Assembly: GCA_965199955.1 (NCBI GenBank)
Contig: CBDATQ010000001.1
Location: forward strand, 2,016,001-2,080,000
DNA length: 64,000 nt
Reading direction: 5' to 3'
DNA from: Spirochaetia bacterium
Lineage (GTDB): Bacteria > Spirochaetota > Spirochaetia > SZUA-6 > Bin103
Shown: one piece after another, positions 49,244-58,963 of the stretch
Position numbering within the stretch: position 1 is the first letter of the stretch
How the letters are laid out: each line of letters opens with the position of its first letter
Translations under genes and position numbers: made by a program
Notes under the pieces: generated by a model
What the model was told of the DNA's origin: nothing
What the model saw: only the letters and a program-made list of their open reading frames with translations
The model's database searches: none

Positions 49244-50071
49244 ATGCCGCTCGATCTGACCGCCGACATGACCGCGCATCAGGAGCAGGGGTACCTCGTC
49301 ATTCCCGAGGTGCTTGGACCCCACGACGTGGACGCCGCCCAGCAGGAGATCGAGCGCCTGCACGAGTTTGCGGCAGGCGAGGAGAGCCCGCCCGGAGAGG
49401 CGACGTTCCAGTTCGAGCCGCACACCGACGTGCGCTCCGAGCACGGCCGGCCCGTGCTGCGCAAGATCGAGCGCACCGACCTGGTCTCCGGCCTGTTCGG
49501 GGACATGGCTCGCAATCCGCGCATGGTGGCGGTCGTGTCGGAGCTCCTCGGCCCGGAGCTGCTTCTGTTCCGGTCGACGCTGATGCTGAAGCCGGCGCGC
49601 CACGGATCGCAGCACGGACTGCACCAGGACGTAGCCTATTGGCCGCTGGAGCCGCCGGAGCTGGTGACCGTGAGCATCGCCATCTCCGCCAGCGACGCCG
49701 AGAACGGCTGCATCCACGTGATCCCCGGCAGCCACCGCTGGCCGGTCGGCGAGTGGGGGAACATCTCCCGCCGCGACGATGCCGCGCAGACCGACCGCGA
49801 GGACGTCGACCTGTCACAGCTCCGCGACGTACCGCTGGAGGCCGGCAGCGCCGTCCTGTTCCACAGCAACATCGTGCACGGCTCCGGCCCGAACCACTCA
49901 GACCGGCCCCGGCACACGGCGCTGTATGCCTACTTCCCGCCCACGGTCCGCTACATGCCCGCCAAGCTCGACTCGCCGAGCAGGACGTACCGCGTCATCG
50001 CCGGCCTGAACGGACTGGCCAGCGTCACCCTGAGAGTGGGCGAGAGCGCGTTGAGCGCCACGCAGCGATAG
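49244..50071 (+). CDS. PhyH-family Fe(II)/2OG dioxygenase
   Basis: LHQDVAYW, ENGCIHVIPGSH, VHGSGPN. Confidence 0.9.
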   Translation: MPLDLTADMTAHQEQGYLVIPEVLGPHDVDAAQQEIERLHEFAAGEESPPGEATFQFEPHTDVRSEHGRPVLRKIERTDLVSGLFGDMARNPRMVAVVSELLGPELLLFRSTLMLKPARHGSQHGLHQDVAYWPLEPPELVTVSIAISASDAENGCIHVIPGSHRWPVGEWGNISRRDDAAQTDREDVDLSQLRDVPLEAGSAVLFHSNIVHGSGPNHSDRPRHTALYAYFPPTVRYMPAKLDSPSRTYRVIAGLNGLASVTLRVGESALSATQR

Positions 50072-50074
50072 CCT

Positions 50075-50710
50075 TCACCCGGCTGTGTGCAGCACGGCCG
50101 CGGCGTCCCGGTAGCGTTGGCGAGCAAGCTGCAGCTCCGCATCGAGGTCGCCAGTCGGCTCGCGCAGGGGCTGCAGGGCCTCGATCGCAGCGCTGCGGAA
50201 AGTGCGTTTCACAGCGTCGTCGATCAGCAGGCAGTCCGCGCGCAGGCGTTCGGAGTCCACGACCGGTCCGTCGACGAACACCAGGTCCGAGCGATCGATC
50301 GGCGCCTCTTCCATAGAAGGCACGATGGTGATGCGGTCGGCCACGCCGACGTGCGCGAACGTCTGTTCGGCGATCCGTCGATGGAGCGCGTCGCGCTCGA
50401 CGGTGAACAGACGCGAGTGGGGAAACGCCTCGGCGATCAGCACGGTCGCGTAGCCGATGCCGGTGCCAGTCTCCAGGACGACCTGGGGCGGGCTCGGCAT
50501 CTGCTCGGCCAGGATCGCCCAGAGCGGGGCGCGGGATGGCGGGCTGGGGTAGGCCTCGCACTCGGGTCCGTGCTGCATCCGGTGGGCGTGGGTCCGCAGG
50601 TACAGGTCCCAGTGCAGGTCGATCTCGGCGCCGAACGCAGCCTCCACCAGCGGGTCGATCCACGGGAAGTAGGAGTCCGCGTTCCACCAGTCCGAGCGCA
50701 TCGTGATCAT
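50075..50710 (-). CDS. Class I SAM-dependent (O-)methyltransferase-like protein
   Basis: VLETGTGIGYA, TVERD, DLVFVDG; ATGA overlap with upstream gene. Confidence 0.78.
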   Translation of the reverse strand: MITMRSDWWNADSYFPWIDPLVEAAFGAEIDLHWDLYLRTHAHRMQHGPECEAYPSPPSRAPLWAILAEQMPSPPQVVLETGTGIGYATVLIAEAFPHSRLFTVERDALHRRIAEQTFAHVGVADRITIVPSMEEAPIDRSDLVFVDGPVVDSERLRADCLLIDDAVKRTFRSAAIEALQPLREPTGDLDAELQLARQRYRDAAAVLHTAG

Positions 50711-52731
50711 CGGCACACCAGCATGCCGTGGCCGTCGCACAGGGTGACGCGCACCATGGCGTAGCCGTCGCGGTACTCGTGGTCCAGCCGCTCGCCGTGC
50801 GGGGCGAGCTCGACGCGCCGGGGTGGACGGTCGGTGCGGATGGAGATCGGCTGGTCCACCAGCGGCAGTGCGTCCTCGACGATGTCCAGGTCGCCGCGCC
50901 GTTCGCGGGCGAAGCTCAGCAGGTGCACGATGGTGGTGGCCGCACCCCTTCTGGCCACGGTGGTTTCCAGCACGCTCGGCGCGTCCGGCGCGCGCAGCAG
51001 CGGGCGCGGCAGCAGCAGTGCCAGGCAGTTGCCGATCAGGCTCCGGTGCTCGGGGACGGCGTGACGGCCGTAGGCGGCGAACAACGGCGCCGATGCGGTG
51101 AGCACCGCGCCGCCGGACTCCAGGCGGTTGAGGGCGATCGCGGAGTAGCACGAGAGCCGGCCGGGCGGAGTATAGGAGTGCCCGGAGAAGCGGTCGTGCG
51201 ACCGCTCGAAGTACGGCTCCACGACGCGCGCCAGCGACCGCGCGCCGCCGCCGGGCACCATGCGGAAGCCGGGCTCGTAGAAGGCATGGTCGAACTCGGC
51301 CAGCCCGTCCGACACCGCGCGCGCCGGCCTCAGGAAGGTGGTGCGGTACGGGCTCGGCCCGCGCGTCTCGATTCCCTGCTCGGGCAGCAGCGGTGACCCG
51401 TCCGGGTCGAGCGCCGCGGCGCCGCACAGCACCAGGGCGCCGCCGCCTGCCACGTAGTCGCTCAGCGCCGCGCGGAACGCCTCGTCCACCGGCGTGTTGG
51501 ACAGCACGATCACCACGGGGTAGCGCTGCAGCCGGCCCGTCGGCGGCACGACGTCGAACTGCAGCCGAAGCTGTTGCAGGACGCAGGTGGCGCCGAGCCC
51601 CGCCGGTCCCGGGCGGTCGCCCAGCTCCGGGTCGACCACCACGGCGACCTCGCTCTGGAGGCGGCCGCCCGCCGCGACTTCCTGGCACCGCTCGACGTAG
51701 CGGTACGCGTCGCCGATCAGGTCATAGACGGCGGGGGCGGGGACGCCGCGCGGGTGCAGCAGGTCGCCCACGCCCAAGGTCATCCCCTGGCTCAGAATCT
51801 GGCAGCACTCGTACTTCAGGGCCGCGCGCGGCTTCAGGCCGGCGTTGTCGCCCCAGCTCTTGAAGAAGCGGCCGGTGTGGCTCAGGGTCGGCAGGCCCAG
51901 GGGCCGTACGAAGCGGGCCACGTACGGGAAGTAGGCGTAGCCCCAGCCACCGGTCGGCAGCGCTTCGATCTCGATGTGGCGCAGGAACCGCTTCTCGACG
52001 TGCAGGTTGGTCTTGGGCCGCGAGTTGAACCAGATGCCCAGGTGGTCAGCGCCGCCGGCGGCGGCCTCGACCATGCCGGAGAAGCGCTTCATGTAGGCCA
52101 TCGCGACTTCGCGCGCGTAGCGGTCGCGGTCGGCTTCCGATCTCGGGTCCAGACGGCGCTTCGCCATGCCGGCGAGCGCCCATTTGGAGACGCTCGGCTG
52201 GTCCCAGCACATGTCCAGAAAGATGCCGTCCACCGGGGCGTAGCGGCCCAGCACCTCCTCCATCAGCTCGGCCAGGTAGTCCTGGTAGGGGCTGGACATG
52301 TCCAGGATCTGCCAGCCGGCGTTGAGCGCGTCGGGCGGCCGCGGCAGAGTGTCCGACGGCAGGCGCTTCACCCGCCGGCCTTCCGGATCCAAGGCCACCC
52401 ACTCCGGATGCTCGTCCGCCGCGTACTCGTTCACCTGTCCCGACAGGTAGATCGGCGCGCGGATGCCGCGCCGGTGCAGGGCGTCGATCTGCGCTCCGGT
52501 CAGGTCGAGGCCGTCCGGAAGGGAAGGGTGGCGGCACGGGTGCGAGGTGCGGAAGTAGGCGTGGCCGTGATGGCAGAGACCGAACACGGTCACGCTGTCG
52601 ACGCTGGCCTCCACGAAGCGATCGGCGAAGGCGTCCGCGTCGAAGTCGCGTGCCACGTCCGGGATGTGCGGACCGGTGTGAAAGTCCAGGTGGATCGTTC
52701 GGGACGGGAACTCCTGAAAGCGGGAAGGCAT
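50707..52731 (-). CDS. GHL6/GH151-like glycoside hydrolase (fucosidase-like) with trimerisation-type domain
   Basis: IHLDFHT, VTVFGLCHHG, DGIFLD, EALPTGGWGY, TGRFFKSWGD; AAGGAG RBS. Confidence 0.8.
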   Translation of the reverse strand: MPSRFQEFPSRTIHLDFHTGPHIPDVARDFDADAFADRFVEASVDSVTVFGLCHHGHAYFRTSHPCRHPSLPDGLDLTGAQIDALHRRGIRAPIYLSGQVNEYAADEHPEWVALDPEGRRVKRLPSDTLPRPPDALNAGWQILDMSSPYQDYLAELMEEVLGRYAPVDGIFLDMCWDQPSVSKWALAGMAKRRLDPRSEADRDRYAREVAMAYMKRFSGMVEAAAGGADHLGIWFNSRPKTNLHVEKRFLRHIEIEALPTGGWGYAYFPYVARFVRPLGLPTLSHTGRFFKSWGDNAGLKPRAALKYECCQILSQGMTLGVGDLLHPRGVPAPAVYDLIGDAYRYVERCQEVAAGGRLQSEVAVVVDPELGDRPGPAGLGATCVLQQLRLQFDVVPPTGRLQRYPVVIVLSNTPVDEAFRAALSDYVAGGGALVLCGAAALDPDGSPLLPEQGIETRGPSPYRTTFLRPARAVSDGLAEFDHAFYEPGFRMVPGGGARSLARVVEPYFERSHDRFSGHSYTPPGRLSCYSAIALNRLESGGAVLTASAPLFAAYGRHAVPEHRSLIGNCLALLLPRPLLRAPDAPSVLETTVARRGAATTIVHLLSFARERRGDLDIVEDALPLVDQPISIRTDRPPRRVELAPHGERLDHEYRDGYAMVRVTLCDGHGMLVCR

Positions 52732-52742
52732 GAGCTATCTCC

Positions 52743-53936
52743 TTATGGAGTCGAGGTCAATCGCTTCTCCAGCGGCGTGCGGAAGCGGGGTGTGATCACC
52801 GTGCCGGCAAGCCACCTACGCAGGCGTTCGGCCTCTGCGGCGATCATTCCTTGTACACTTGGTAAGACCGATTCGAGCAGTTCGACGGCGATCGTGCCGT
52901 CCGCGCGCTGCGCCCAGCCGCCGACGATGCGGCCGTCGGCCCAGACGGTGGGACCGGCATTGCCGTTGCGATCGAACAGCAGCTCCTGATGGTTGCCCAG
53001 GTACCAGGAGCGCTCCTTCCAGCCCATGACCGTCGGGTCCAGGGCCGGCAACAGCGCCACCCAGCCGTCCGGCTGCGCTACGGGTTCCAGGTCCTCCGCA
53101 AGCACGTAGCCGGTGCCGGCCTCCAGCTCGACCTCGACCGCGCCGGCCGCCGCCAGCGCCTGGCGGGTCTGGCGCTGCGACCACCCGGTCCACCATGCGA
53201 GGTCCGTCAGGGTGCCCGGTCCGAATGCGGTCAGCCAGCGGCGTACCAGCTCCGTGCAGGCCGCCTCGGGCTCCAGGGCCGGCAGGCCTCCGTCGAGCCA
53301 GTCGGCGGTTGCCGCCCACCGGTACTGGCTGGAGATCCACGTGCCGCGCGGCCGCCCGCGGACGATGCGCGCCTCCGTCGCCAGCAGGAACAGCAGCCGC
53401 GTGGACAGACCCACCGTGCCGGCCCACGTGCGGCCCTCGCCGAAACTGAGCCGTGCCGTTAGCTCGGGGACGTCGGCGGTGAGCTCCTTGGCGGTGGCCT
53501 GGCCCCGCTCGCCTAGTGCCGAGAGCGTCCGCTGCATCACCCTCGGCAACCACCGATCGGGGTGCGGGTCGATCCCCTGATCGCCGATCAGCTTGAGCAG
53601 CCGGCGCCGTTCCGCGGGCGCCAGTGCGCGCGCGCAGGCGGCGTCGATCACCGCGGCCAGGTCGCACGGCACGACGAACATGGTGCGGCGCATCCCCAGC
53701 AGACGCACCAGCGAGCGGCGGTCGTAGAGCGCCTCCTCCAGATCGGCGACCTGGAACCCTTCCACGCGGCTCCATGCGCTCAGATACACGCTGACCGGGT
53801 CGCTGGAATGAAGTCCGACCAGATCGGCAGCCGCCGTCGGGACATCCGGCGCCGGAGCGGCCAAGCTGTGGCGTGAGGCCAAGCGGGCGCGCCGCTCGGC
53901 CACGTCGATTCGTCGCCGCGCGCCGGGTAGAGCCAT
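52743..53936 (-). CDS. HTH_42 winged-helix protein (AlkZ/YcaQ-type DNA glycosylase family)
   Basis: LHSSDPVSVYLSAWSR, MRRTMF, FGPGT..DLAWWTG, LLPALDPTVMGW, DGRIVGGW. Confidence 0.85.
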   Translation of the reverse strand: MALPGARRRIDVAERRARLASRHSLAAPAPDVPTAAADLVGLHSSDPVSVYLSAWSRVEGFQVADLEEALYDRRSLVRLLGMRRTMFVVPCDLAAVIDAACARALAPAERRRLLKLIGDQGIDPHPDRWLPRVMQRTLSALGERGQATAKELTADVPELTARLSFGEGRTWAGTVGLSTRLLFLLATEARIVRGRPRGTWISSQYRWAATADWLDGGLPALEPEAACTELVRRWLTAFGPGTLTDLAWWTGWSQRQTRQALAAAGAVEVELEAGTGYVLAEDLEPVAQPDGWVALLPALDPTVMGWKERSWYLGNHQELLFDRNGNAGPTVWADGRIVGGWAQRADGTIAVELLESVLPSVQGMIAAEAERLRRWLAGTVITPRFRTPLEKRLTSTP

Positions 53937-53989
53937 CGCGGCGCATGGTAGCCTGGAGGACGCCGTGGCTTCGCTCGAAGTGAGTAATC

Positions 53990-54444
53990 CTGGTGCTCGG
54001 CCGGCCCGCCGCCATCCGGAACTCCTCGGTGTGCAGGTGAATGAGCCGGTAGCCGGCGGCCACGAACCGGCGTACCACGCACGCGGAGAGCGCCAAGCCC
54101 AGCCCCTGGTTGGCGTGATTCGAGTTGGCGGCGAGCCAGCCGAGTTCGCCCCAGCACGGATAGGTACCCTTGTAGTTGTGCAGCGCCATCGCCGACGCCA
54201 CGACTGCCCCGTTGGCCGCGTGTACCGCCAGGTATCAGCCGCGGGGAAGAATCCAGTTCAGGGAGTAGGACAGCCGTTCGGCGTCGCAACCCGGCCAACC
54301 GGCCAGCTCCATTAGCTCGTAGAACCGCGGCTCGTCTCCGCGGCGGTAGGTGCGAATGGTGTAGCCCGTCGGTGGCGCGGACACCGGCACGGAGCCGAGC
54401 CGCGACGCCGGCCACACCATCCGCAGTTGCGGCGTATCGCCCAT
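53990..54444 (-). pseudogene. GNAT acetyltransferase with an in-frame TGA and a lost C-terminus
   Basis: QLRMVWP...ILPRG-TGA(54235-54237)-YLAVH...GELGWLA...GLGLALSACVV. Confidence 0.75.
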
Positions 54445-54461
54445 CGGCAGGAACGGAACGA

Positions 54462-54938
54462 TCAGACCCGGAGTTGGCCGAGCATCCAGGCCAGGAACGC
54501 CTCGATCTGGTCGCGGAAGGCGGCCAGCGTGGCGGGCATCTGTTCTTCGAGTGACTGCATACGGGCCGGGTCCAGGACCGAGCCGTAGACGTTGCGGAAC
54601 ACGTGCCGGAACCTCAAGTGCTCGCCAAGCTTCCCGGCGAGATCGGTATCGATCACTGCAGGGCGGACCTCCGGGATGGCGAGGGCCATGTTCCGGATCA
54701 ATTCCTGGTGCCACTGCGGCGACCGTGGAACACCGCCGTTCAACTCGCTTCCTATGCGCATGAAGATACGTTCGACTCCGGTGTAGAAGTCATGCAGGAT
54801 CGATCCGTGAGCGCGGAGCGAGTAGGTGTCCGCCGGGTTCGGCGCCGCGGCAAGTTCGTATTCGAGTTGTCCCAAGTTCGCCAGTTCGGATTCGATCTCC
54901 ACGGCGAGCCGCCGTAGCAGCGTCTCTTCGCGAGTCAC
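54462..54938 (-). CDS. HEPN/DUF86-like toxin (HepT-like)
   Basis: LHDFYTGVERIF, WHQELI, FRHVFRNVYG; GTGA overlap with MNT gene. Confidence 0.85.
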   Translation of the reverse strand: MTREETLLRRLAVEIESELANLGQLEYELAAAPNPADTYSLRAHGSILHDFYTGVERIFMRIGSELNGGVPRSPQWHQELIRNMALAIPEVRPAVIDTDLAGKLGEHLRFRHVFRNVYGSVLDPARMQSLEEQMPATLAAFRDQIEAFLAWMLGQLRV

Positions 54939-55270
54939 AGTCTCGTCCCGTGCTCGCTTGCCACGCGCAGCAGCGCCGGGGTGGCCGTTTCTGCGGGGGT
55001 CAAGTCCAGATGGAACTGAGTCATTGCGGCTGCTTGCGCGGATACCGAGAAGAAGCGTCGCGCGGGCAACCCGTCCACGACCAGGTCGATGTCCGATCGG
55101 TGGCTGAACGGCCGCTCGGGATCGAAGGCGGACCCGATGCCGACTACGCTGCGGGCGCCGTTCTGCTCCAGGAAGCGCGCGATACGGCGCGCGTCGGACA
55201 CGGCGCGATCCCGGTCCCCCGACGCGAAGTGGGTAGCCCGGATGTGAGCGAGCAGGCCCTCCCGGTCCAT
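54935..55270 (-). CDS. Minimal nucleotidyltransferase antitoxin (MntA-like)
   Basis: GS...SDIDLVV motif and third Asp in LDL; 111 aa; directly upstream of the HEPN gene. Confidence 0.85.
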   Translation of the reverse strand: MDREGLLAHIRATHFASGDRDRAVSDARRIARFLEQNGARSVVGIGSAFDPERPFSHRSDIDLVVDGLPARRFFSVSAQAAAMTQFHLDLTPAETATPALLRVASEHGTRL

Positions 55271-55516
55271 GTCCCGGCAATTTACCGCGAGGATGAGCGG
55301 GAGGCGAGCCTCAGGGCCGCCGGAAGCGGTCGGGGGTGCCGTGACGGATAAGGAGGCAATCGCGCGTGACAGGAGGCACGGCTCCGGCCCCGCGCGCATG
55401 ATCGGCGCCGCGCATGTGGGGCTGGACGCGACCGGCGCCCGCCGCGGCGACCGGCTGAACCTCGAACGCCGCCGCTGTCGGCAGCGCAGTAAGAGTCGGG
55501 GATCCACTCGTTCTCG

Positions 55517-55861
55517 GTGGTCGCCGGCGAGGAGGCCGAGTACGGGGTGGACCCGTACCTGGTGGAACGAGCCTATCCGCGCAGGATCCAGGGCGATCTG
55601 CTGAGTTTCGCCTACAACGCGCGCGCCCGCGATCGCGCGGGCAACGAGCTGCGCTGGCTGGCGCTGAAGCCCACGGAGGACGGGCCGTCGCTGCTCGCCG
55701 ACCGACGCTTTATCCTGGTGTTGTGGCGCGGCCGCCGGTCGGCGGCGCCCACGGAGGTGTTCATGCCCAGGCACATGGCTGCGGACCGGCTGGTCGTGGT
55801 GAGCGAGGACCGGGTGACGGTCGGTTTCGGCGCCGAAGCCCGGACCGGCGGAGTTGACCCC
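55517..55861 (+). pseudogene. Possible GH5 (endoglycoceramidase-type) C-terminal remnant
   Basis: RAYPRRIQGDLLSFAY and APTEVFMP resemble the GH5 C-terminal beta domain; in frame with the glpK remnant. Confidence 0.45.
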
Positions 55862-56539
55862 ATGTACGTGATGGCACTGGACCAGGGCACGACCAGCTCG
55901 CGGGCGATCGTCTTCGACCGTGGTGGTGGCATCCGCTCGGCGGCGCAGCGCGAGACGACGCAGCACTTTCCGCAGCCCGGATGGGTCGAGCAGGATGCGG
56001 GCGAGATCTGGGAGACCCAGGCCGCGTTCGCGGTGGAGGCGTTGCGCTCCGCCGGAATCGACGGCGGCCAGCAGTCGCTGATGGGCCAGCTCTGCACCGA
56101 CCGCGGCTCGGTCAAGACCACCTATGGCACCGGCCGCTTCGCCCTGCTGCACACCGGCACGGCGCCGCAGCCCTCGGAACGGGGTCTGTTGACCACGATC
56201 GCGTGCTCGACCGATCGACAGTCGCGCTACGCCCTGGAGGGCAGCGTGTTCACCGGCGGCGCGGCTCGCAACGACCTGCTGATGCAGTTCCAGGCCGACG
56301 TGACCGGGTTGCCCGTGATGCGGTCGGAAGTCACGGAGTCGATGGCGCTCGGAGCCGCGTACCTGGCCGGCCTGGCGGTCGGGTACTGGCAGGGGATCGA
56401 TGAGCTGGCCGGGAACTGGCGAGCGGAGCGGCGCTTCGAGCCGTCGCTGCCGCAGGACCGTGTCGCCGGGTTGCGCACGTCGTGGTCGCGGGCCGTCGAG
56501 CGAGCCGGCAACTGGGCGGCCGAAGAGCAGGGGGATTGA
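55862..56539 (+). pseudogene. glpK: Glycerol kinase with two large in-frame internal deletions (225 aa)
   Basis: ALDQGTTSSRA, PGWVEQD, KTTYGTG, YALEGSVF, LMQFQAD, ALGAAYLAGLAVGYW; less than half normal length. Confidence 0.88.
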
Positions 56540-56541
56540 GC

Positions 56542-57651
56542 ATGGACGAACGGTTGACCATCGGAGTGATCGGAGCGGCCGGGCGCGGCGGCCGCCTGCT
56601 GCGCGTGCAGGAGGGGCTGGACGTCGACGTGCGGGCGGTGTGCGACACCCGCGCGGAGCCGCTTGCGGACGTGCAGCGGGAGTTGGGCGCCGAGCGGTCG
56701 TTTACCGACTACCGCGACATGCTGGATGAGGTACGGCTCGATGCCGTGATCGTGGGCACCCCCATGCCCTTTCACGCCGAGCACTCGATCGCGGCTCTGG
56801 AGCGCGGGGTGAGCGTCGTCTCCGAGGTGCCGGCGGCCGTGTCGATCGACGAATGCCGGCGGCTGGCGGCGGCGTGCCGGGCCAGCTCCGGCACCTACAT
56901 GATGGCCGAGAACTACATCTGCATGCGGCAGAACCAGATCGTCAAGGAGATCGTCGCCGCCGGCCTGTTCGGCACCGTCTACTTCGGCGACGGCGAGTAC
57001 CTGCACGAGCTGCGCGGCGCGCCGCAGTCCAACCCCACGCCGTGGCGGCGGCGCTGGCAGCAGGGAATCAACGGCATCACCTACGGCACCCACAGCCTGG
57101 GCCCGCTGCTGAGCTGGATGCCCGGCGACCGCGTGGCGCAGGTCTCCTGCGCCGGCACCGGCCAGCACTACCTCGACCACGACGGCCGGCAGTACGAGGC
57201 CGAGGACTCCTCGGTGATGCTGGGCAAGATGCGCTCGGGCGGCCTGGTCAAGGTACGGGTGGACATGCTGTCGGACCGCCCGCACGCGATGCACAACTAC
57301 CAGTTGCAGGGCACCGACGGCTGCTACGAGTCCGCGCGGGCGGAAGGCGAGCGGGACCGCATCTGGGTACGGGCACGCTCGGAGGGGACCGAGTGGCGGG
57401 ACCTGGAGGACCTGGCCGAGGAATTCCTGCCTGCGAGCTGGCGGGTGTGGGGCGAGGCCGCTCGCGGCTCCGGGCACGGCGGTGGCGACCTGATCCAGAT
57501 GCTGGACTTCGTGAACGCCGTGCGCGACGGCACCGAGCCGGAGCTCGGCATCGACGCGGCCATGGACATGACGCTTCCCGGACTGGTCAGCCAGCAGTCG
57601 ATCGAGCGAGGAGGCGCGTGGCTGGACGTGCCCGATTCACGCGACTGGTAG
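56542..57651 (+). CDS. Gfo/Idh/MocA oxidoreductase
   Basis: IGVIGAAGRG, VSEVPA, MMAENY, GEYLH, GHGGGD. Confidence 0.88.
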   Translation: MDERLTIGVIGAAGRGGRLLRVQEGLDVDVRAVCDTRAEPLADVQRELGAERSFTDYRDMLDEVRLDAVIVGTPMPFHAEHSIAALERGVSVVSEVPAAVSIDECRRLAAACRASSGTYMMAENYICMRQNQIVKEIVAAGLFGTVYFGDGEYLHELRGAPQSNPTPWRRRWQQGINGITYGTHSLGPLLSWMPGDRVAQVSCAGTGQHYLDHDGRQYEAEDSSVMLGKMRSGGLVKVRVDMLSDRPHAMHNYQLQGTDGCYESARAEGERDRIWVRARSEGTEWRDLEDLAEEFLPASWRVWGEAARGSGHGGGDLIQMLDFVNAVRDGTEPELGIDAAMDMTLPGLVSQQSIERGGAWLDVPDSRDW

Positions 57652-57661
57652 GAGCACGGAA

Positions 57662-58621
57662 ATGGCGATGGCTCACAACGTATTGGTAATGGCCGAAGTA
57701 GAGCCCTACCGCACGATCGTGCCGATGATCGCACAACGGTGCCGGGTCGTCCGCTGGCGCTCCGACGACGACGCCTGGCGGGCCGAGCTTCCGGAGATCG
57801 ACGGGATCTACACGTACGCGCACGTCACGGTCTCGGCCGGGCTGATGGACGACACCCCCCGGCTCAAGGTGATCAGCAACTTCGGCGTCGGCTGCGATCA
57901 CATCGACCTGGCGGCGGCGGAGAAGCGGGGCATCCCGGTGGGCAACACGCCCCACGTCCTCGACGGGGCCACCGCCGACATCACCTTCGCGCTGCTGTTG
58001 GCCGGGGCGCGCAACATCGTCAGGGGCGACCACTTCGCCCGCGGGCCGAATTTCCTGGAATACGACCCGAGCTTCATGCTCGGCCAGGAGGTGCACCACC
58101 AGACGCTGGGGATCATCGGGCTGGGCAACATCGGCTACCAGGTCGCGCGGCGGGCGCTGGGCTTCGACATGACGGTGCTCTACCACAACCGCACCCGCAA
58201 CCGGAAGGCCGAGGCGGATCTCGGCGCGCGCTATGTCACGCTGGACGAGTTGCTCGCGCAGTCGGGCTTCGTGGCTCTGAACATGCCGCTGGCAGACCAG
58301 ACGCGAGGGATGATCGGCGCGCGGGAGCTGGGGCTGATGAAAGACTCGGCGGTGCTGGTCAACGCCGCGCGCGGCGCGGTGATCGACCACGACGCGCTGC
58401 TCGACACGATGCGGGCCGGCAAGCTCCACTGCGCGGCCGTCGACGTGACCGAGCCCGAGCCGCTGCCACGCGACCATCGACTCCTGGAGCTCGACAACGT
58501 CATCGTCATCCCCCACCTCGGCAGCGCCACCGAGCAGACGCGCCAGGCGATGTCCGACCTCTCGGTGAGGAACCTGTTGGCCGGGCTGGAAGGCAGGGAG
58601 TTGCCGAACCGCATCGTCTGA
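57662..58621 (+). CDS. D-2-hydroxyacid dehydrogenase (glyoxylate/hydroxypyruvate reductase-like)
   Basis: GIIGLGNIG, VNAARG, DVTEPEP, PHLGSAT. Confidence 0.93.
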   Translation: MAMAHNVLVMAEVEPYRTIVPMIAQRCRVVRWRSDDDAWRAELPEIDGIYTYAHVTVSAGLMDDTPRLKVISNFGVGCDHIDLAAAEKRGIPVGNTPHVLDGATADITFALLLAGARNIVRGDHFARGPNFLEYDPSFMLGQEVHHQTLGIIGLGNIGYQVARRALGFDMTVLYHNRTRNRKAEADLGARYVTLDELLAQSGFVALNMPLADQTRGMIGARELGLMKDSAVLVNAARGAVIDHDALLDTMRAGKLHCAAVDVTEPEPLPRDHRLLELDNVIVIPHLGSATEQTRQAMSDLSVRNLLAGLEGRELPNRIV

Positions 58622-58726
58622 GGAGCTCACGAGCAGTACGCCAATTCGATACGGGCGTGGAGCCCGGGGCCCGCGCGAGCTTCTCGTCACCGTCGACCTG
58701 CATAAATGTGAGGATATGATATGCTC

Positions 58727-58963
58727 ATGTGCATGAGGACGACTCTGGACCTGGATCCGCACGTGTACCGGGCAGCGAAGGTGAAGGCAGCGCAGGACGA
58801 CGTGACACTGACGCGGGTTGTCGAAGCGGCCCTGCGTGCCTACCTGGCTCCGGAGCCGCGCAAGCCGTTCAAGCTGAAGGTGATCACGGCGCGGGGACGA
58901 CTGCTGCCCGGCGTCGACGTCGACGATCGCGACTCCCTGTACGGTGCCATGGAACGGCGATGA
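58727..58963 (+). CDS. RHH antitoxin (VapB-like)
   Basis: MRTTLDLDPHVYRAAK...VDVDDRDSLY; ATGA overlap with toxin; start could be 58721, 58727 or 58733. Confidence 0.85.
   Translation: MCMRTTLDLDPHVYRAAKVKAAQDDVTLTRVVEAALRAYLAPEPRKPFKLKVITARGRLLPGVDVDDRDSLYGAMERR

Noticed and set aside
54235..54237. In-frame TGA in a GNAT gene as selenocysteine or recoding
   Set aside because: Context (G-stop-Y) fits a TGG-to-TGA Trp mutation, the gene is also 3'-truncated, and TGA is the usual stop across the window
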